Assembly (NCBI GenBank): GCA_965205975.1
Contig: OZ242195.1
Location: 1,760,001 to 1,824,000, forward strand
Length of the DNA stretch: 64,000 nt
Source of the DNA: Candidatus Latescibacterota bacterium
Lineage (GTDB): Bacteria > Latescibacterota > UBA2968
Direction of reading: 5' to 3'
Positions 10,507-20,322 of this stretch are shown here, piece by piece. The notes under the pieces were generated by a model. It worked only from the letters and a program-made list of their open reading frames with translations. It did no database searches and had not been told where the DNA came from. The translations under genes were made by a program, and so were the position numbers. Each line of letters starts with the position of its first letter. The first letter of the stretch is position 1.

Positions 10507-10535
10507 AATCCATCCTTTCACACTTCCTACTTCAC
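10491..10535. repeat. Inverted heptamer repeat pair (GAAGTTT x2 / CACTTC-like) at the DegT 3' end
   Basis: gaagtttgaagtttgaa...ttcacacttcctacttcac; the first arm encodes the terminal KFEV*. Confidence 0.5.
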
Positions 10536-10583
10536 CGTGAACTGGTCTGAACTGCGACCAGTTGTACCCCGTTCCACACTTCT

Positions 10584-12188
10584 ATGACGCCTGTTATCTT
10601 ATTTGGTATTATCGCAATTCTATCGGCTTTATTCACGGCGGTTGCACGCCTGATAGCACGCCGTTTTGATGCGCCCGATGCGCCTGTTTCAACTCTGGGC
10701 GGTACAGCTTTGCTGGCCGCTCTTTTTTGTGGCTTTTGGTTCTTGCCTCAATCGCTTCCATTAGGCCTCGTTATCGGTGCTGTGGGGATGGCATTTATCG
10801 GCATTTTAGATGACTGGAAGCCTTTTGCGCCGCTACACAAATTTGCATTGACCCTCGCAGTCGCAGGCATTGCCGTCTGGCTTGGGCCGCGTATCCATCT
10901 CACAAATATTATCTGGATAGATGCCCCTCTGACCGCGTTGTGGATGGTCTGGATGTGCCATGCGTTCAATGTTCTGGACATGGAAGACGGCCTTTCGGCG
11001 GGCAGTGGAACCATTGCTTCGCTGAGTTTGTGGCTGATAAGTGCTGGCGATTGGGCACTCGTAACAGCGGGTGCACTCCTGGGATATCTAGTACACAATT
11101 TTCATCCCGCCCGTATCCTGATGGGCGATACCGGAAGCCTGTTAATTGGCTTTTTGCTGAGTGGTATGGCTGTAGTTGTCGCAAATCATATTGGTGGTCT
11201 CATGGGCGTCATCGGACCTTTGGTCGCCCTGGGCCTACCCATCTTTGAAGCAGTATTTATCAGTGCGATCCGATTTGCCAAAGGTCGGTCCATTGTCCGA
11301 CCCAGTCGAGACCACGTCGCACAGCGATTGATACAATGGGGGCTACCAGTGCATGCAGCAGTCGCTCTGATGTGGTTAGCAGGCATTGTTTTGGGTGGTC
11401 TGGCCCTCGTATTCGCCCTGGGACACTGGATCAGTCTGGTTGGTGTTGCGTGTCTCGCCATTGGTGCGTGGAGGGGATTGTCGCGCGTGGATATGGAAGG
11501 CGATGAATGTGATGGACGCCCAGTTGGCCTATTTGGCAAAAACTGGTTGATTCACCGCACAATGCGCCAGATAATGGACGAAATAAAAGGGTTTGTGAGT
11601 GGGAAATTGCTTGATGCAGGATGTGGCAATAAGCCTTATGTCGGCATTTTTGGGTCGCACGCACAACAATACATCGGCCTGGAAAAAGGACGCACGCGAT
11701 ATGAACGCGCCGACGTATGGGGCGATGTGCTGGCCCTCCCCTTTCGCGATGGGACCTGCGATACCGTGTTGTGCAATCAGGTCCTGGAACATGTGCCGCA
11801 ACCCCAATTGGCGATTGATGAAATGGCACGCGTATTGCGACCGAATGGCTACTTGATTCTCACCGCACCCCATATTTGGGGTTTGCACGAAGTCCCCCAC
11901 GATTATTTTCGCTTTACGCCTTATGGATTGCGCCATCTCGCTGAGAAATCGGGTCTGACGGTCCATACAACGCGAGCGCTTGCGGGATTTTGGGTCACAG
12001 CCGGGACGCGATTCTGTTATTATCTGGCGCGTTTTGAACGCGGCCCTCTAATCCCCTTTGTGCGCGTTGGATTTTTTGTCGTCCAACTCGGTGCTCTATT
12101 TTTAGATCGCTTGCACCGCGTGGAGAGCGATGCGTGGAATTTTCTACTCATCGCACAAAAGCGCGCAAAGGATTTATCCCATGAGTGA
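10584..12188 (+). CDS. Fusion: MraY/WecA-like polyprenyl-phosphate sugar-1-P transferase (GT4) plus class I SAM methyltransferase
   Basis: N-half GILDD, FNVLDMEDGL, NFHPARILMGDTGS; C-half LLDAGCGNKPY, LCNQVLEHVP, RVLRPNG, PHDYFRFT. Confidence 0.85.
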   Translation: MTPVILFGIIAILSALFTAVARLIARRFDAPDAPVSTLGGTALLAALFCGFWFLPQSLPLGLVIGAVGMAFIGILDDWKPFAPLHKFALTLAVAGIAVWLGPRIHLTNIIWIDAPLTALWMVWMCHAFNVLDMEDGLSAGSGTIASLSLWLISAGDWALVTAGALLGYLVHNFHPARILMGDTGSLLIGFLLSGMAVVVANHIGGLMGVIGPLVALGLPIFEAVFISAIRFAKGRSIVRPSRDHVAQRLIQWGLPVHAAVALMWLAGIVLGGLALVFALGHWISLVGVACLAIGAWRGLSRVDMEGDECDGRPVGLFGKNWLIHRTMRQIMDEIKGFVSGKLLDAGCGNKPYVGIFGSHAQQYIGLEKGRTRYERADVWGDVLALPFRDGTCDTVLCNQVLEHVPQPQLAIDEMARVLRPNGYLILTAPHIWGLHEVPHDYFRFTPYGLRHLAEKSGLTVHTTRALAGFWVTAGTRFCYYLARFERGPLIPFVRVGFFVVQLGALFLDRLHRVESDAWNFLLIAQKRAKDLSHE

Positions 12189-14334
12189 TTTTATCGCGTC
12201 CATCAAAGCCAATTTTAATAAGCGATACTCGGGTATCCACCATGCGATAGTGAAGCACTATTTCACATCTATCATCATCTTGGTCATCTTCTTTGCATTT
12301 ACCCTTCGATATTTTCAATTAAACATCGGTTTGCCCTATTTGTATTTTTGGGATGAACCGCTTACGGCCAGCAACGCGCTTCAGATAATGAAAACGGGGG
12401 ATTACAACCCCCATTTTTTTAAATATGGTTCCCTGATGATTTATTTGAACCTGCTGATTGATCAATTATACCGTATTCATCTCTCACTCACAGGCGGGTT
12501 ATCAAGCTTAGAAAACATACGTATTGCAGCCGATACTGGCTGGCATTGGACGATATCTCATCCGAACTTTTATTTTTGGAATCGTTTTTTGACTGCCACA
12601 ATGGGCACCGCAACAGTATTTATCACCTATTTAATCAGCAAGACGATATGCAACAGATGGACGGGCATCATATCGGCCCTTTTCTTATCTGTTCTATCTA
12701 TCCACATCGTTCATTCGGGCTTTGTAACAATGGACGCACCAGTCGCCCTATTTGTCTCGCTTGTCGCCCTATGCTCCATTTTGTTCATCGAACAAAAAAA
12801 AATCATCTATTTCATTTTGAGTTTAATATGCGTCGGATTTGCCACAGCGACAAAATACAATTCGGGTCTGGCTATTTTGCTGCCCATTGCATCGCTGATT
12901 TGGATGTCTTATCGAGATGAAATCTCGCGCCAAAAATTTTACTGGCTCGCGATCCCTTGCCTACCTGCGGTGACTTTCTTTCTCTTTATGCCCTATGCAA
13001 TTCTCGACTTCCCAACTTTTATCAAAGACATTTTACATCAAATTACATACTACAAAACCACGGGACACCCAGGCGCTACAATCAACCCTGGATGGGATTA
13101 TTTTGCGTTTCAGATACAAAAATTTTACCAAAATATCGGACTAACCGGCACCATCCTGTTTGCGATCGGTCTGGCGGGGACAATTTCCCGACCGATATTG
13201 CTCCTGATTATATTATTTCCCGTGATCTATCTTTTATTTATGAGCGACATGACCGTCAATTTCCACCGCAATTTTATACAGGTGTACCCATTTATCGCCG
13301 TTTTTGCAGGTGTTGCTTTTCACAATCTGCATGTGGCATTGGTGCACTTTTACCCAAAGCTCAAAAAACCAATTCCGATTGTATATCTTGCAGCCTCGCT
13401 CGTTTTACTACCGCGCGCTTATGACGCCTATCAAACAGGCATAGTATTGCACAACACCAGAGATACCAGAAGCGCAGTCATAGATGCTCTCAACACGATG
13501 GAAAATGTGCAAAAAGTCGTCTTTGCCAGAGAACTGCGTATTCACAAACAAGACCTCGACAGATTAAAATACGACTATGCGATACAACCCATTGAAATAA
13601 TGAGCGCGGAACAAATCCGAGACCGCACACACTATGTCTTGCCAGCCGAAGTATCTCAGATTTACACTTATCACCAGGAGGAAATACAGGCCAAACAAGC
13701 AATCATCGACAAAATCTCCGGCGAGCATATTCTGCAATACATCGACAACAATTACATCAGTCAAAATATTGGAAAGGGTTATATCAAACAAAATGCCGCA
13801 ACCATGCTCGATGTATTTTCCACAAGTCCCTCGCTGATCATCGCAAATCAAATACCACACGAACCATTGCACCCCGGTGTTATTGCATTTGATACCTGCA
13901 AGCTATCTCCCGCAGGCGTGCAAATCAACATCCGCAATACCGCAACACTTCGCGAAGGCGTCACAACAACCCCGACTTACAACCTGAAACCCGGAAAATA
14001 CCTGTTCACATTTCAAGCAAAAAAACCTGCGATCCCAGAACGATCACAAAGTTTTGTCTTTGGTGAATACGAAACAAGACTCACAGTAAAACGCCTGAGC
14101 GCATTCCGCGAACAGGCGAGCATCAGGGTTTCAATCTTTGCAGATCAGACGCTCTTAACACAACAAATCTTCATCCCAACGGAAAACTTCGCCCAAATGG
14201 ACGCCTTTTTTTCTCTCCAAAAAAAACAGCGCGTTTCAGTCCAAATAGAAAATCTCCATGATATATCCGATCCCCTTTTACCTGTAGAAACAACGATTAA
14301 GCAACTGAAAATAGAGAAAACAGATAAAAGGTAA
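12181..14334 (+). CDS. GT-C (family 39-like) glycosyltransferase with large C-terminal extracytoplasmic domain
   Basis: Start at MSDF 12181 (overlaps upstream stop). FWDEP, NPHFFKYG, ATKYN, PYAILDF, then a soluble C-terminal domain. Confidence 0.78.
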   Translation: MSDFIASIKANFNKRYSGIHHAIVKHYFTSIIILVIFFAFTLRYFQLNIGLPYLYFWDEPLTASNALQIMKTGDYNPHFFKYGSLMIYLNLLIDQLYRIHLSLTGGLSSLENIRIAADTGWHWTISHPNFYFWNRFLTATMGTATVFITYLISKTICNRWTGIISALFLSVLSIHIVHSGFVTMDAPVALFVSLVALCSILFIEQKKIIYFILSLICVGFATATKYNSGLAILLPIASLIWMSYRDEISRQKFYWLAIPCLPAVTFFLFMPYAILDFPTFIKDILHQITYYKTTGHPGATINPGWDYFAFQIQKFYQNIGLTGTILFAIGLAGTISRPILLLIILFPVIYLLFMSDMTVNFHRNFIQVYPFIAVFAGVAFHNLHVALVHFYPKLKKPIPIVYLAASLVLLPRAYDAYQTGIVLHNTRDTRSAVIDALNTMENVQKVVFARELRIHKQDLDRLKYDYAIQPIEIMSAEQIRDRTHYVLPAEVSQIYTYHQEEIQAKQAIIDKISGEHILQYIDNNYISQNIGKGYIKQNAATMLDVFSTSPSLIIANQIPHEPLHPGVIAFDTCKLSPAGVQINIRNTATLREGVTTTPTYNLKPGKYLFTFQAKKPAIPERSQSFVFGEYETRLTVKRLSAFREQASIRVSIFADQTLLTQQIFIPTENFAQMDAFFSLQKKQRVSVQIENLHDISDPLLPVETTIKQLKIEKTDKR

Positions 14335-14458
14335 GACGACCCTACCCTATCCCCCTCATACCTCACGTCTCACCGCCTTCCAAACTGTTGTAAAAATTCA
14401 CACCTGTGCCATAGCGTCACATATCCCGCCCTCACCGATCTATTTATATCTCATTTTA

Positions 14459-14504
14459 ATTCAATAACTTAAAAAAATTTATCCCAATTGGCACGCTATT
14501 TGCA
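14459..14504 (+). promoter_or_regulatory. Sigma54 (-24/-12) promoter with upstream IHF-like site
   Basis: TGGCAC-gctat-TTGCA at 14489-14504 matches the consensus exactly. ATTCAATAACTTA at 14459-14471 is one mismatch from WATCAANNNNTTR. Confidence 0.75.
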
Positions 14505-14548
14505 GAACACTTTTACCGCACGCAAAAACCTCAACGGAGAAATGCGCG

Positions 14549-15907
14549 GTGAAATCAATTTACTACACAGTGCTTCTGATAGCAGTCTCGCTACACGGCT
14601 GCACAACATATTCTCACTTTTCAGGCGACTTTCGCACGAGCCTGCGCGCGCGCAATTACGAAGATGCCCGTGCAAAAATCAAAAAGTCGAGAAAAAGAGG
14701 TAACCAATTACTCTATCTCCTCGAAAATGGTCTCCTCACCCACTATCAGGGCCACTACGAAACATCCAATCGCTATTTTGCCGAAGCCGAGTGGCTATCA
14801 GATCGACTCTATACCCGCTCTGTTTCCCGAGAAGCCGCCGCATTTTTGACCAACGATGCCATACGCAACTACCGGGGCGATAGCTTTGAAATGGTTGCTA
14901 TCTACTACTATCGCGCGTTGAACTACTGGTATCTGGGCCTTCCTGAAGACGCCCTTGTCGAATGCCGAAAAGCCAATTTGAAACTCGACCAATACGCCAT
15001 TCACAATGGGCAGGCGAGTTACAAAAATGACGCCTTCATTCACTACATCACCGGCCTGTTCTACGAAGCCACTGGCGAACTCAACGATGCCCGCGTCTCC
15101 TACCAACACGCACAAGATGCCTATTCATACTACGAAAAAAAGTTCCACACCGCCCCACCTCAAACCGTCGCCGAAGACCTCAAACAGATAGATAACATTC
15201 TCAATGGCGAAGGAACCGACATGCGTTTTGCCTCCCTCAACACCCCGCCCTTTGTACCGCCCGCAGGCAATGGCGAACTCGTAATCTTTTCTGAAATCGG
15301 TTTTATCCCCCGCAAAGTGCAAGAGGAAATAGATCTCCCCATTTACGAAGAAGACATCAAACGCAGCAAGGGCGACAAAGTATCTTCCATCGCCACTGAA
15401 ATCTCACACCGTCGTCACCGCGTATATCCCATTCGCGATGTCGAATACTGGTTGCGCGTCGTCCTTCCCAAATACGAAGCCATCGCCCCGCGCACAAAGC
15501 GCATTCTCATACGCGCAGGAAGCCGCACCATTCAAACGCAGATCGCCCAAAATTACGCCGCAATTGCAAAAACATCACTCAGTGATCACTACCCGAGGAT
15601 TATGATCAGAACAATTGCACGTGGGCTTGTGAAATACATAGCCCACCGAGAGGCCAAAGACGAAAATGAAGTCCTCGGTTTCTTCGTCAACCTGTTCAAC
15701 ATCTCAACCGAAATCGCCGACACGCGCAGTTGGGTTTCATTGCCCCACAATATACAAATCGGCCGCCTCGAACTGCCACCCGGCACCCACACCATCACAC
15801 TCGAAGCACTCGACGCCAACGGGCGCATTATCGAAACCGAAACATTTACCAACATCGAAATCAAGCCCAGCCAACGCACGTTCTTGAATCACAGGGTCTA
15901 TCAATAA
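14549..15907 (+). CDS. COG3014-family TPR-like lipoprotein
   Basis: Lipobox LHGC; YRGDSFE, EDALVECRKAN, ADTRSWVSLP; upstream of lpoB-like gene. Confidence 0.8.
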   Translation: MKSIYYTVLLIAVSLHGCTTYSHFSGDFRTSLRARNYEDARAKIKKSRKRGNQLLYLLENGLLTHYQGHYETSNRYFAEAEWLSDRLYTRSVSREAAAFLTNDAIRNYRGDSFEMVAIYYYRALNYWYLGLPEDALVECRKANLKLDQYAIHNGQASYKNDAFIHYITGLFYEATGELNDARVSYQHAQDAYSYYEKKFHTAPPQTVAEDLKQIDNILNGEGTDMRFASLNTPPFVPPAGNGELVIFSEIGFIPRKVQEEIDLPIYEEDIKRSKGDKVSSIATEISHRRHRVYPIRDVEYWLRVVLPKYEAIAPRTKRILIRAGSRTIQTQIAQNYAAIAKTSLSDHYPRIMIRTIARGLVKYIAHREAKDENEVLGFFVNLFNISTEIADTRSWVSLPHNIQIGRLELPPGTHTITLEALDANGRIIETETFTNIEIKPSQRTFLNHRVYQ

Positions 15908-15926
15908 TTCCACAAGGAGGAACACA

Positions 15927-16739
15927 ATGAAATTTTCATACCAAAGCCTTCTGTTGATCGTCGTTCTCAGCTTATTAGTTTCAACGGCAAACGCGGCAAA
16001 ATCAGACCTGCCGCCCACGCGGGGCATTGTCGTCAACCTCGTCGAATGGGACGGCGGAGAATTGCCCGCGGTTTATGAACGCACGGACCAACTCCCCTTC
16101 ACCCGTGAGGACCTTTTGCAATTGGTACAAAGCGACTTCAAACCCGATCAAATCGCGCAGATGATTTCCGAGCGCCGATATGCGGGCGATGCGTCTGCTG
16201 AGGGGCTGATCGCGCTCAAACAAGCCGGTCTTGAGTCCGTCGTCATACAGGCCATCTCCAAACACGCGCTCGCGCCCAATCAATCACTCAACCTCACCAT
16301 TTACCTGACCTTTGACGGGCATTCCCAAACAGCGCGCCATCGCTTTCTCTACGTCATCATTCCCGACGGCGAGATCCAGCGCGTCTTCACTGCCGACTTA
16401 AACACAGTGCTCGCCGGACAGTGGAAAAGAGACACCCTGATCGATGCCACAGACCCATTGCTCCCGCGAAAAATTCGACGCGTCACCTTCTCGGGAACAA
16501 TCCCACTCAAAACACACGGCAGCAAAACCGTACGAATTTTTACATCTTCGCGCCCGGGCATCCATCAAATCGACGAGATACCGGCGATAGACCTCTCGCG
16601 GGTTCAAACATATCAAATGGATTATCCAGTCAGTTCACCCATTCAAGACTGCCGCGCCTACATTCGCTACAAACAGGATGTAGTGCTGCCGGACAAATGG
16701 CACATGATTGACACGCGCATGGAATGCGAATGGCGGTAA
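15927..16739 (+). CDS. Secreted hypothetical protein
   Basis: AGGAGG RBS, signal peptide (STANA), operonic position. Confidence 0.75.
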   Translation: MKFSYQSLLLIVVLSLLVSTANAAKSDLPPTRGIVVNLVEWDGGELPAVYERTDQLPFTREDLLQLVQSDFKPDQIAQMISERRYAGDASAEGLIALKQAGLESVVIQAISKHALAPNQSLNLTIYLTFDGHSQTARHRFLYVIIPDGEIQRVFTADLNTVLAGQWKRDTLIDATDPLLPRKIRRVTFSGTIPLKTHGSKTVRIFTSSRPGIHQIDEIPAIDLSRVQTYQMDYPVSSPIQDCRAYIRYKQDVVLPDKWHMIDTRMECEWR

Positions 16740-16773
16740 GATACGCCTTCACCTCTCAACAAGGAGTTAAGCC

Positions 16774-17361
16774 ATGAAACTCATCACCTATGCAGCAATC
16801 GCCCTGATCGGCCTCACAACCGGATGCGCTGGTCCCAGAGCCTTTACAAAAGGGACGTATGAAGATCCCAAAACCATTGCCTTGCTCGACGACCGCTTTA
16901 ATGAAAACGACATGCAACTCATCGCCAAAAAAGTCGTCAACTCAATCCTCGAAGCACCGTTGAACAGGCCCGACCCCGCCATCATGCTCGGCAAAATGCG
17001 CAATCGCACCACCGAACACATCGATATGGTGGCCCTCTCTGACAAAATCAAAACCGCATTGATCCAGAGCGGCAAAGTACGCTTTGTCGATGTCACCAAC
17101 CGCAAAGACATCGCCACAGAATACGAATATCAACAATCGGGCTACGTCGATCCCGCACAGGCCAAAGCACCGGGCAAACAGACCGGATCAGACCTGATCC
17201 TCACGGGCACACTCAGCGCGAACGTGCAGGAAGTGGGCAAAGACAAACTCATCTACTACAAAGCCACCTTCCAACTGACGGACCTGGTCTCATCAGAAAT
17301 TATATGGACAGACGAGAAAGAAATCCGCAAAGCCTACAAAAAGCGCAGCATCGGATTGTAA
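16774..17361 (+). CDS. lpoB: Penicillin-binding protein activator LpoB-like lipoprotein (CsgG/HfaB-like fold)
   Basis: Lipobox TTGC; NRTTEHID, LIQSGKVRFV, LTDLVSSEIIWTDEKEIRK. Confidence 0.8.
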   Translation: MKLITYAAIALIGLTTGCAGPRAFTKGTYEDPKTIALLDDRFNENDMQLIAKKVVNSILEAPLNRPDPAIMLGKMRNRTTEHIDMVALSDKIKTALIQSGKVRFVDVTNRKDIATEYEYQQSGYVDPAQAKAPGKQTGSDLILTGTLSANVQEVGKDKLIYYKATFQLTDLVSSEIIWTDEKEIRKAYKKRSIGL

Positions 17362-17475
17362 TTGCGCTGAAAGCCTGGGATTATTAGGTTGAGCATAAAA
17401 AAATTAAAGGTTGGGCGGTTGGGTATTCTGCACATCCTTCCATCCTTTAATCCTGATCAAGAAAGGAGCAAAACC

Positions 17476-18021
17476 ATGAAACACCTGTTCTACACACTCG
17501 CAATCGCTCTGCTTTTGGGGAGCAGTGCCAGCGCGCAAACTGGCCGCACTGATGGGGCGGAAGAAAGCGAATTTGGCAAAGGGGGATACCCGTTTGGTGG
17601 CCCGAGTCATCGCGTCTATCTCAACACCGCCTTTGGCTCCGGATTTTTTGATCTGACGGACGTCAACAAAACGCGCACGGGTTTTCTCTACGGGATTGAT
17701 CTCGGCGTCGAAATGGACCAGTGGCTCGGCATTCAGGCGAGCTATAATTATCTTTCCGACCGCGACATGTCCATCTTCAGCCTCGGCTCGCGTTTTGCCT
17801 ACGCCTTTGACCCCTTTGTGTACCACGTCTCGCTCAACGCCGGGCTATATGCGCCCAATGAGGGCAGTCGCAACTTTGGTCTGGCCCCCGGTGCTGGTAT
17901 AGACATCGTCCTCCACAAAAGGGTGCGTATCGGACTCGACTACAAACACGACTTTATCTTTACCGACAACCGCACCACCGACATGGACCGGATTTACGCG
18001 GGTCTCAAATTCTTCTTTTAA
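17476..18021 (+). CDS. Small outer-membrane beta-barrel protein (OmpA/OmpW-like)
   Basis: AAGGAG RBS before ATG 17476; signal peptide; alternating beta-strands; C-terminal GLKFFF. Confidence 0.75.
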   Translation: MKHLFYTLAIALLLGSSASAQTGRTDGAEESEFGKGGYPFGGPSHRVYLNTAFGSGFFDLTDVNKTRTGFLYGIDLGVEMDQWLGIQASYNYLSDRDMSIFSLGSRFAYAFDPFVYHVSLNAGLYAPNEGSRNFGLAPGAGIDIVLHKRVRIGLDYKHDFIFTDNRTTDMDRIYAGLKFFF

Positions 18022-18023
18022 TG

Positions 18024-18062
18024 AAAAAACAAGAGGCGAGGGACTGTTTGGCCCTCGCCTCT
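18024..18062 (-). terminator. Intrinsic terminator hairpin between convergent genes
   Basis: agaggcgaggg / ccctcgcctct stem, T-run on the minus strand. Confidence 0.7.
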
Positions 18063-18084
18063 CTCCGTCTTAGCCACATACCAC

Positions 18085-19107
18085 CTATCCAAACACCTCA
18101 CTCGCGACAAAAGCCATACCCAGTGCAGCGGCAGAATCGCCGCCGCGCGCCCATTCGAATTGCGTTGAGACAGCCTGAGAATCAAACGGATTTTCGAGAT
18201 AGATCGGCCATGACCCATCCTGAAATCCTTCGATTATCCACGCCATATACCGATCGCGAAAAGACGCTTCTGAAAGTCCCCCACCGATCACCACAAGCCC
18301 CGGATCGAATAACCGCACCCAATTCGCTATCGCATAACCCAGAATAAATGCCTGCTCCTTAAAAAGCGACACCGCGAGTGGATCGTCATTCTCCGCATAA
18401 TCGCGGAGTTGATACGCCTTTTCCTCAATCGACGCGTCAGAAGCATTCAGCGCGTGATCTTTCCATTTATCCCCTGCTAATTCAATCCCGAGCCTGCGTC
18501 GCAATGCCATAAGCGATACCCAAGCCTCCGCACACCCTGTAAGCCCGCACGAACAATCTGGTAACTCCCCATCCACCTCCCGAAACGGAACCGAAGCATG
18601 CCCCACTTCCAGCGCGAGGCCATTTGCCCCCTCGTAAATCTGCCCACCGGACAAAACCAATCCACCGCCCAGACCCGTTCCAGGCGCAACGAGCAAAAGG
18701 CCTGCATCGGAATCCGGACGCGCCGCGTATTCACCAGCCGCCGCTGCATTGCCATCATTTGTCATATATACAGACACACCCACACGCGTAGAAAACTCGC
18801 CGCGAATATTCGTCCCCACCCAATCCGCACCCAGATTGGCCTGCACCCGAATCACCCCACTGCTACTCGGCGCGGGAACATCCAGCCCAATACCCGCGAT
18901 ATCCGATTGACGCCTCCCTGCGCGACCCGTCAATAACTTCAGTGCTTCCTCAAGCTGTACAAACGTAGCCTCATACCCATCTTTGACGCGACTGGGCACT
19001 TCCACCATATCGCCCAATAAATTGCCAGAAGCATCGACGAGAATGGATTTTACACTCGTCCCCCCAATATCCAAACCCGCAAAACAGCGCGTATCGCTCT
19101 CTCTCAT
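18085..19107 (-). CDS. ROK family sugar kinase
   Basis: GLDIGGT, NDGNAAA, GTGLGGG, EVGH, CSCGLTGCAE. Confidence 0.92.
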   Translation of the reverse strand: MRESDTRCFAGLDIGGTSVKSILVDASGNLLGDMVEVPSRVKDGYEATFVQLEEALKLLTGRAGRRQSDIAGIGLDVPAPSSSGVIRVQANLGADWVGTNIRGEFSTRVGVSVYMTNDGNAAAAGEYAARPDSDAGLLLVAPGTGLGGGLVLSGGQIYEGANGLALEVGHASVPFREVDGELPDCSCGLTGCAEAWVSLMALRRRLGIELAGDKWKDHALNASDASIEEKAYQLRDYAENDDPLAVSLFKEQAFILGYAIANWVRLFDPGLVVIGGGLSEASFRDRYMAWIIEGFQDGSWPIYLENPFDSQAVSTQFEWARGGDSAAALGMAFVASEVFG

Positions 19108-19117
19108 AATCCCATTC

Positions 19118-20296
19118 CTATCTTCGGGTAATCACAAATAACTGGCGCGTCCCATCTCGGGAAATCGATGGAAAAAGCACCTGATCACTCGTGCGATTCC
19201 AGCAAGGCGCGGGATCGCTCCTCAAATCCCCCGATATCCACTTCCCCTGATCGTATCGCTCAGTTCGCGCCCATACCCCATCAGCCATGCGATACATCAC
19301 ATAAACCGTTCCACACTTTGGTCCCGAACCATTGATGATCCACTTTCCGTCTGGAGAAAACGCATTGTCTCCGCCAGGCTCTGGAAAAACGGACTGATCC
19401 CCCAGCGTCCGTACAATTTTCTGCTCATCGGTATCGTACACCACCAGATCATCGGCATTGTGACCGAGAATCTCATGCCCTTCCAACCACTCGGGATGAC
19501 CGCCAATAAAAACCTTCTGTATGGTCAGATCGCTACCATCGGGATTCACGGTAAAAGGCACATTGAGCCGCGCTTCGCGCTTATTGAACTTGCCTCGCGC
19601 ATAAAAATAAATCCGATCATCATCCCGGTTCCAAAGCGTATGATTGATAAACATCTCCTTGCTCTCAACTTCCGGGTGGTAATCCCGCAACGCATCTCCC
19701 AATTGGGCAAAAGATGCAATCAGCTCTTTTTCGCCCGTATTCACATCAACCTTAAAAATCCCATCGTCCTCGGGATGTGCAACCCCTTCGGTCCAGTCCG
19801 CCGCGCCGAGATACCCAGTCACCAACCGCAGACGCGCCATGCGCGCGTAATTTAATCCCAGAAAATAGCCGCCATTTTGCGCTACGCCGCTGTTGCCAAA
19901 CGGCGTATCCTCATAGCGATATTCGCGGATCCTTTTACCTCTGGAAATATCGAACAAAACCGTAAAAACTTTCTGCGTCTCCAGATCGCGATCATTAAAG
20001 AAAAACTGCGTCTCCGGCAATTCGGGATTCCAATAAAACATCGTGCCCTGCTGAGGATTCCATCCCTGCGATTGATCAACCACCTGGATCGCATGCTCAT
20101 TCTCAGTATCGATCAAAATCACATCTGCCGCCTCGCCAGGCCCGGGCATATGATCCTGAAAATCATTCCGCAATGCGACGATATAGCGACCGCTCTGGTT
20201 CCAGGGAATGGTCTGCGATTGACCGATATACCCAAAAAAGTGATGTTTGGGACCATACGTGATCTGCTCAACTTCAAGCTTAAATGAATCCAGCAA
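19118..20296 (-). CDS. Beta-propeller protein (TolB/oligogalacturonate-lyase-like), function unknown
   Basis: Probable TTG start at 20296 after GAGGAG. HHFFGY, PWNQSG, WNPQQG, HTLWNRD, FSPDGKW, DPAPCWNR..DQVLF. Confidence 0.65.
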   Translation of the reverse strand: MLDSFKLEVEQITYGPKHHFFGYIGQSQTIPWNQSGRYIVALRNDFQDHMPGPGEAADVILIDTENEHAIQVVDQSQGWNPQQGTMFYWNPELPETQFFFNDRDLETQKVFTVLFDISRGKRIREYRYEDTPFGNSGVAQNGGYFLGLNYARMARLRLVTGYLGAADWTEGVAHPEDDGIFKVDVNTGEKELIASFAQLGDALRDYHPEVESKEMFINHTLWNRDDDRIYFYARGKFNKREARLNVPFTVNPDGSDLTIQKVFIGGHPEWLEGHEILGHNADDLVVYDTDEQKIVRTLGDQSVFPEPGGDNAFSPDGKWIINGSGPKCGTVYVMYRMADGVWARTERYDQGKWISGDLRSDPAPCWNRTSDQVLFPSISRDGTRQLFVITRR

Positions 20297-20322
20297 TTTA
20301 TTCTCCTCGTGTATTTTACGGA

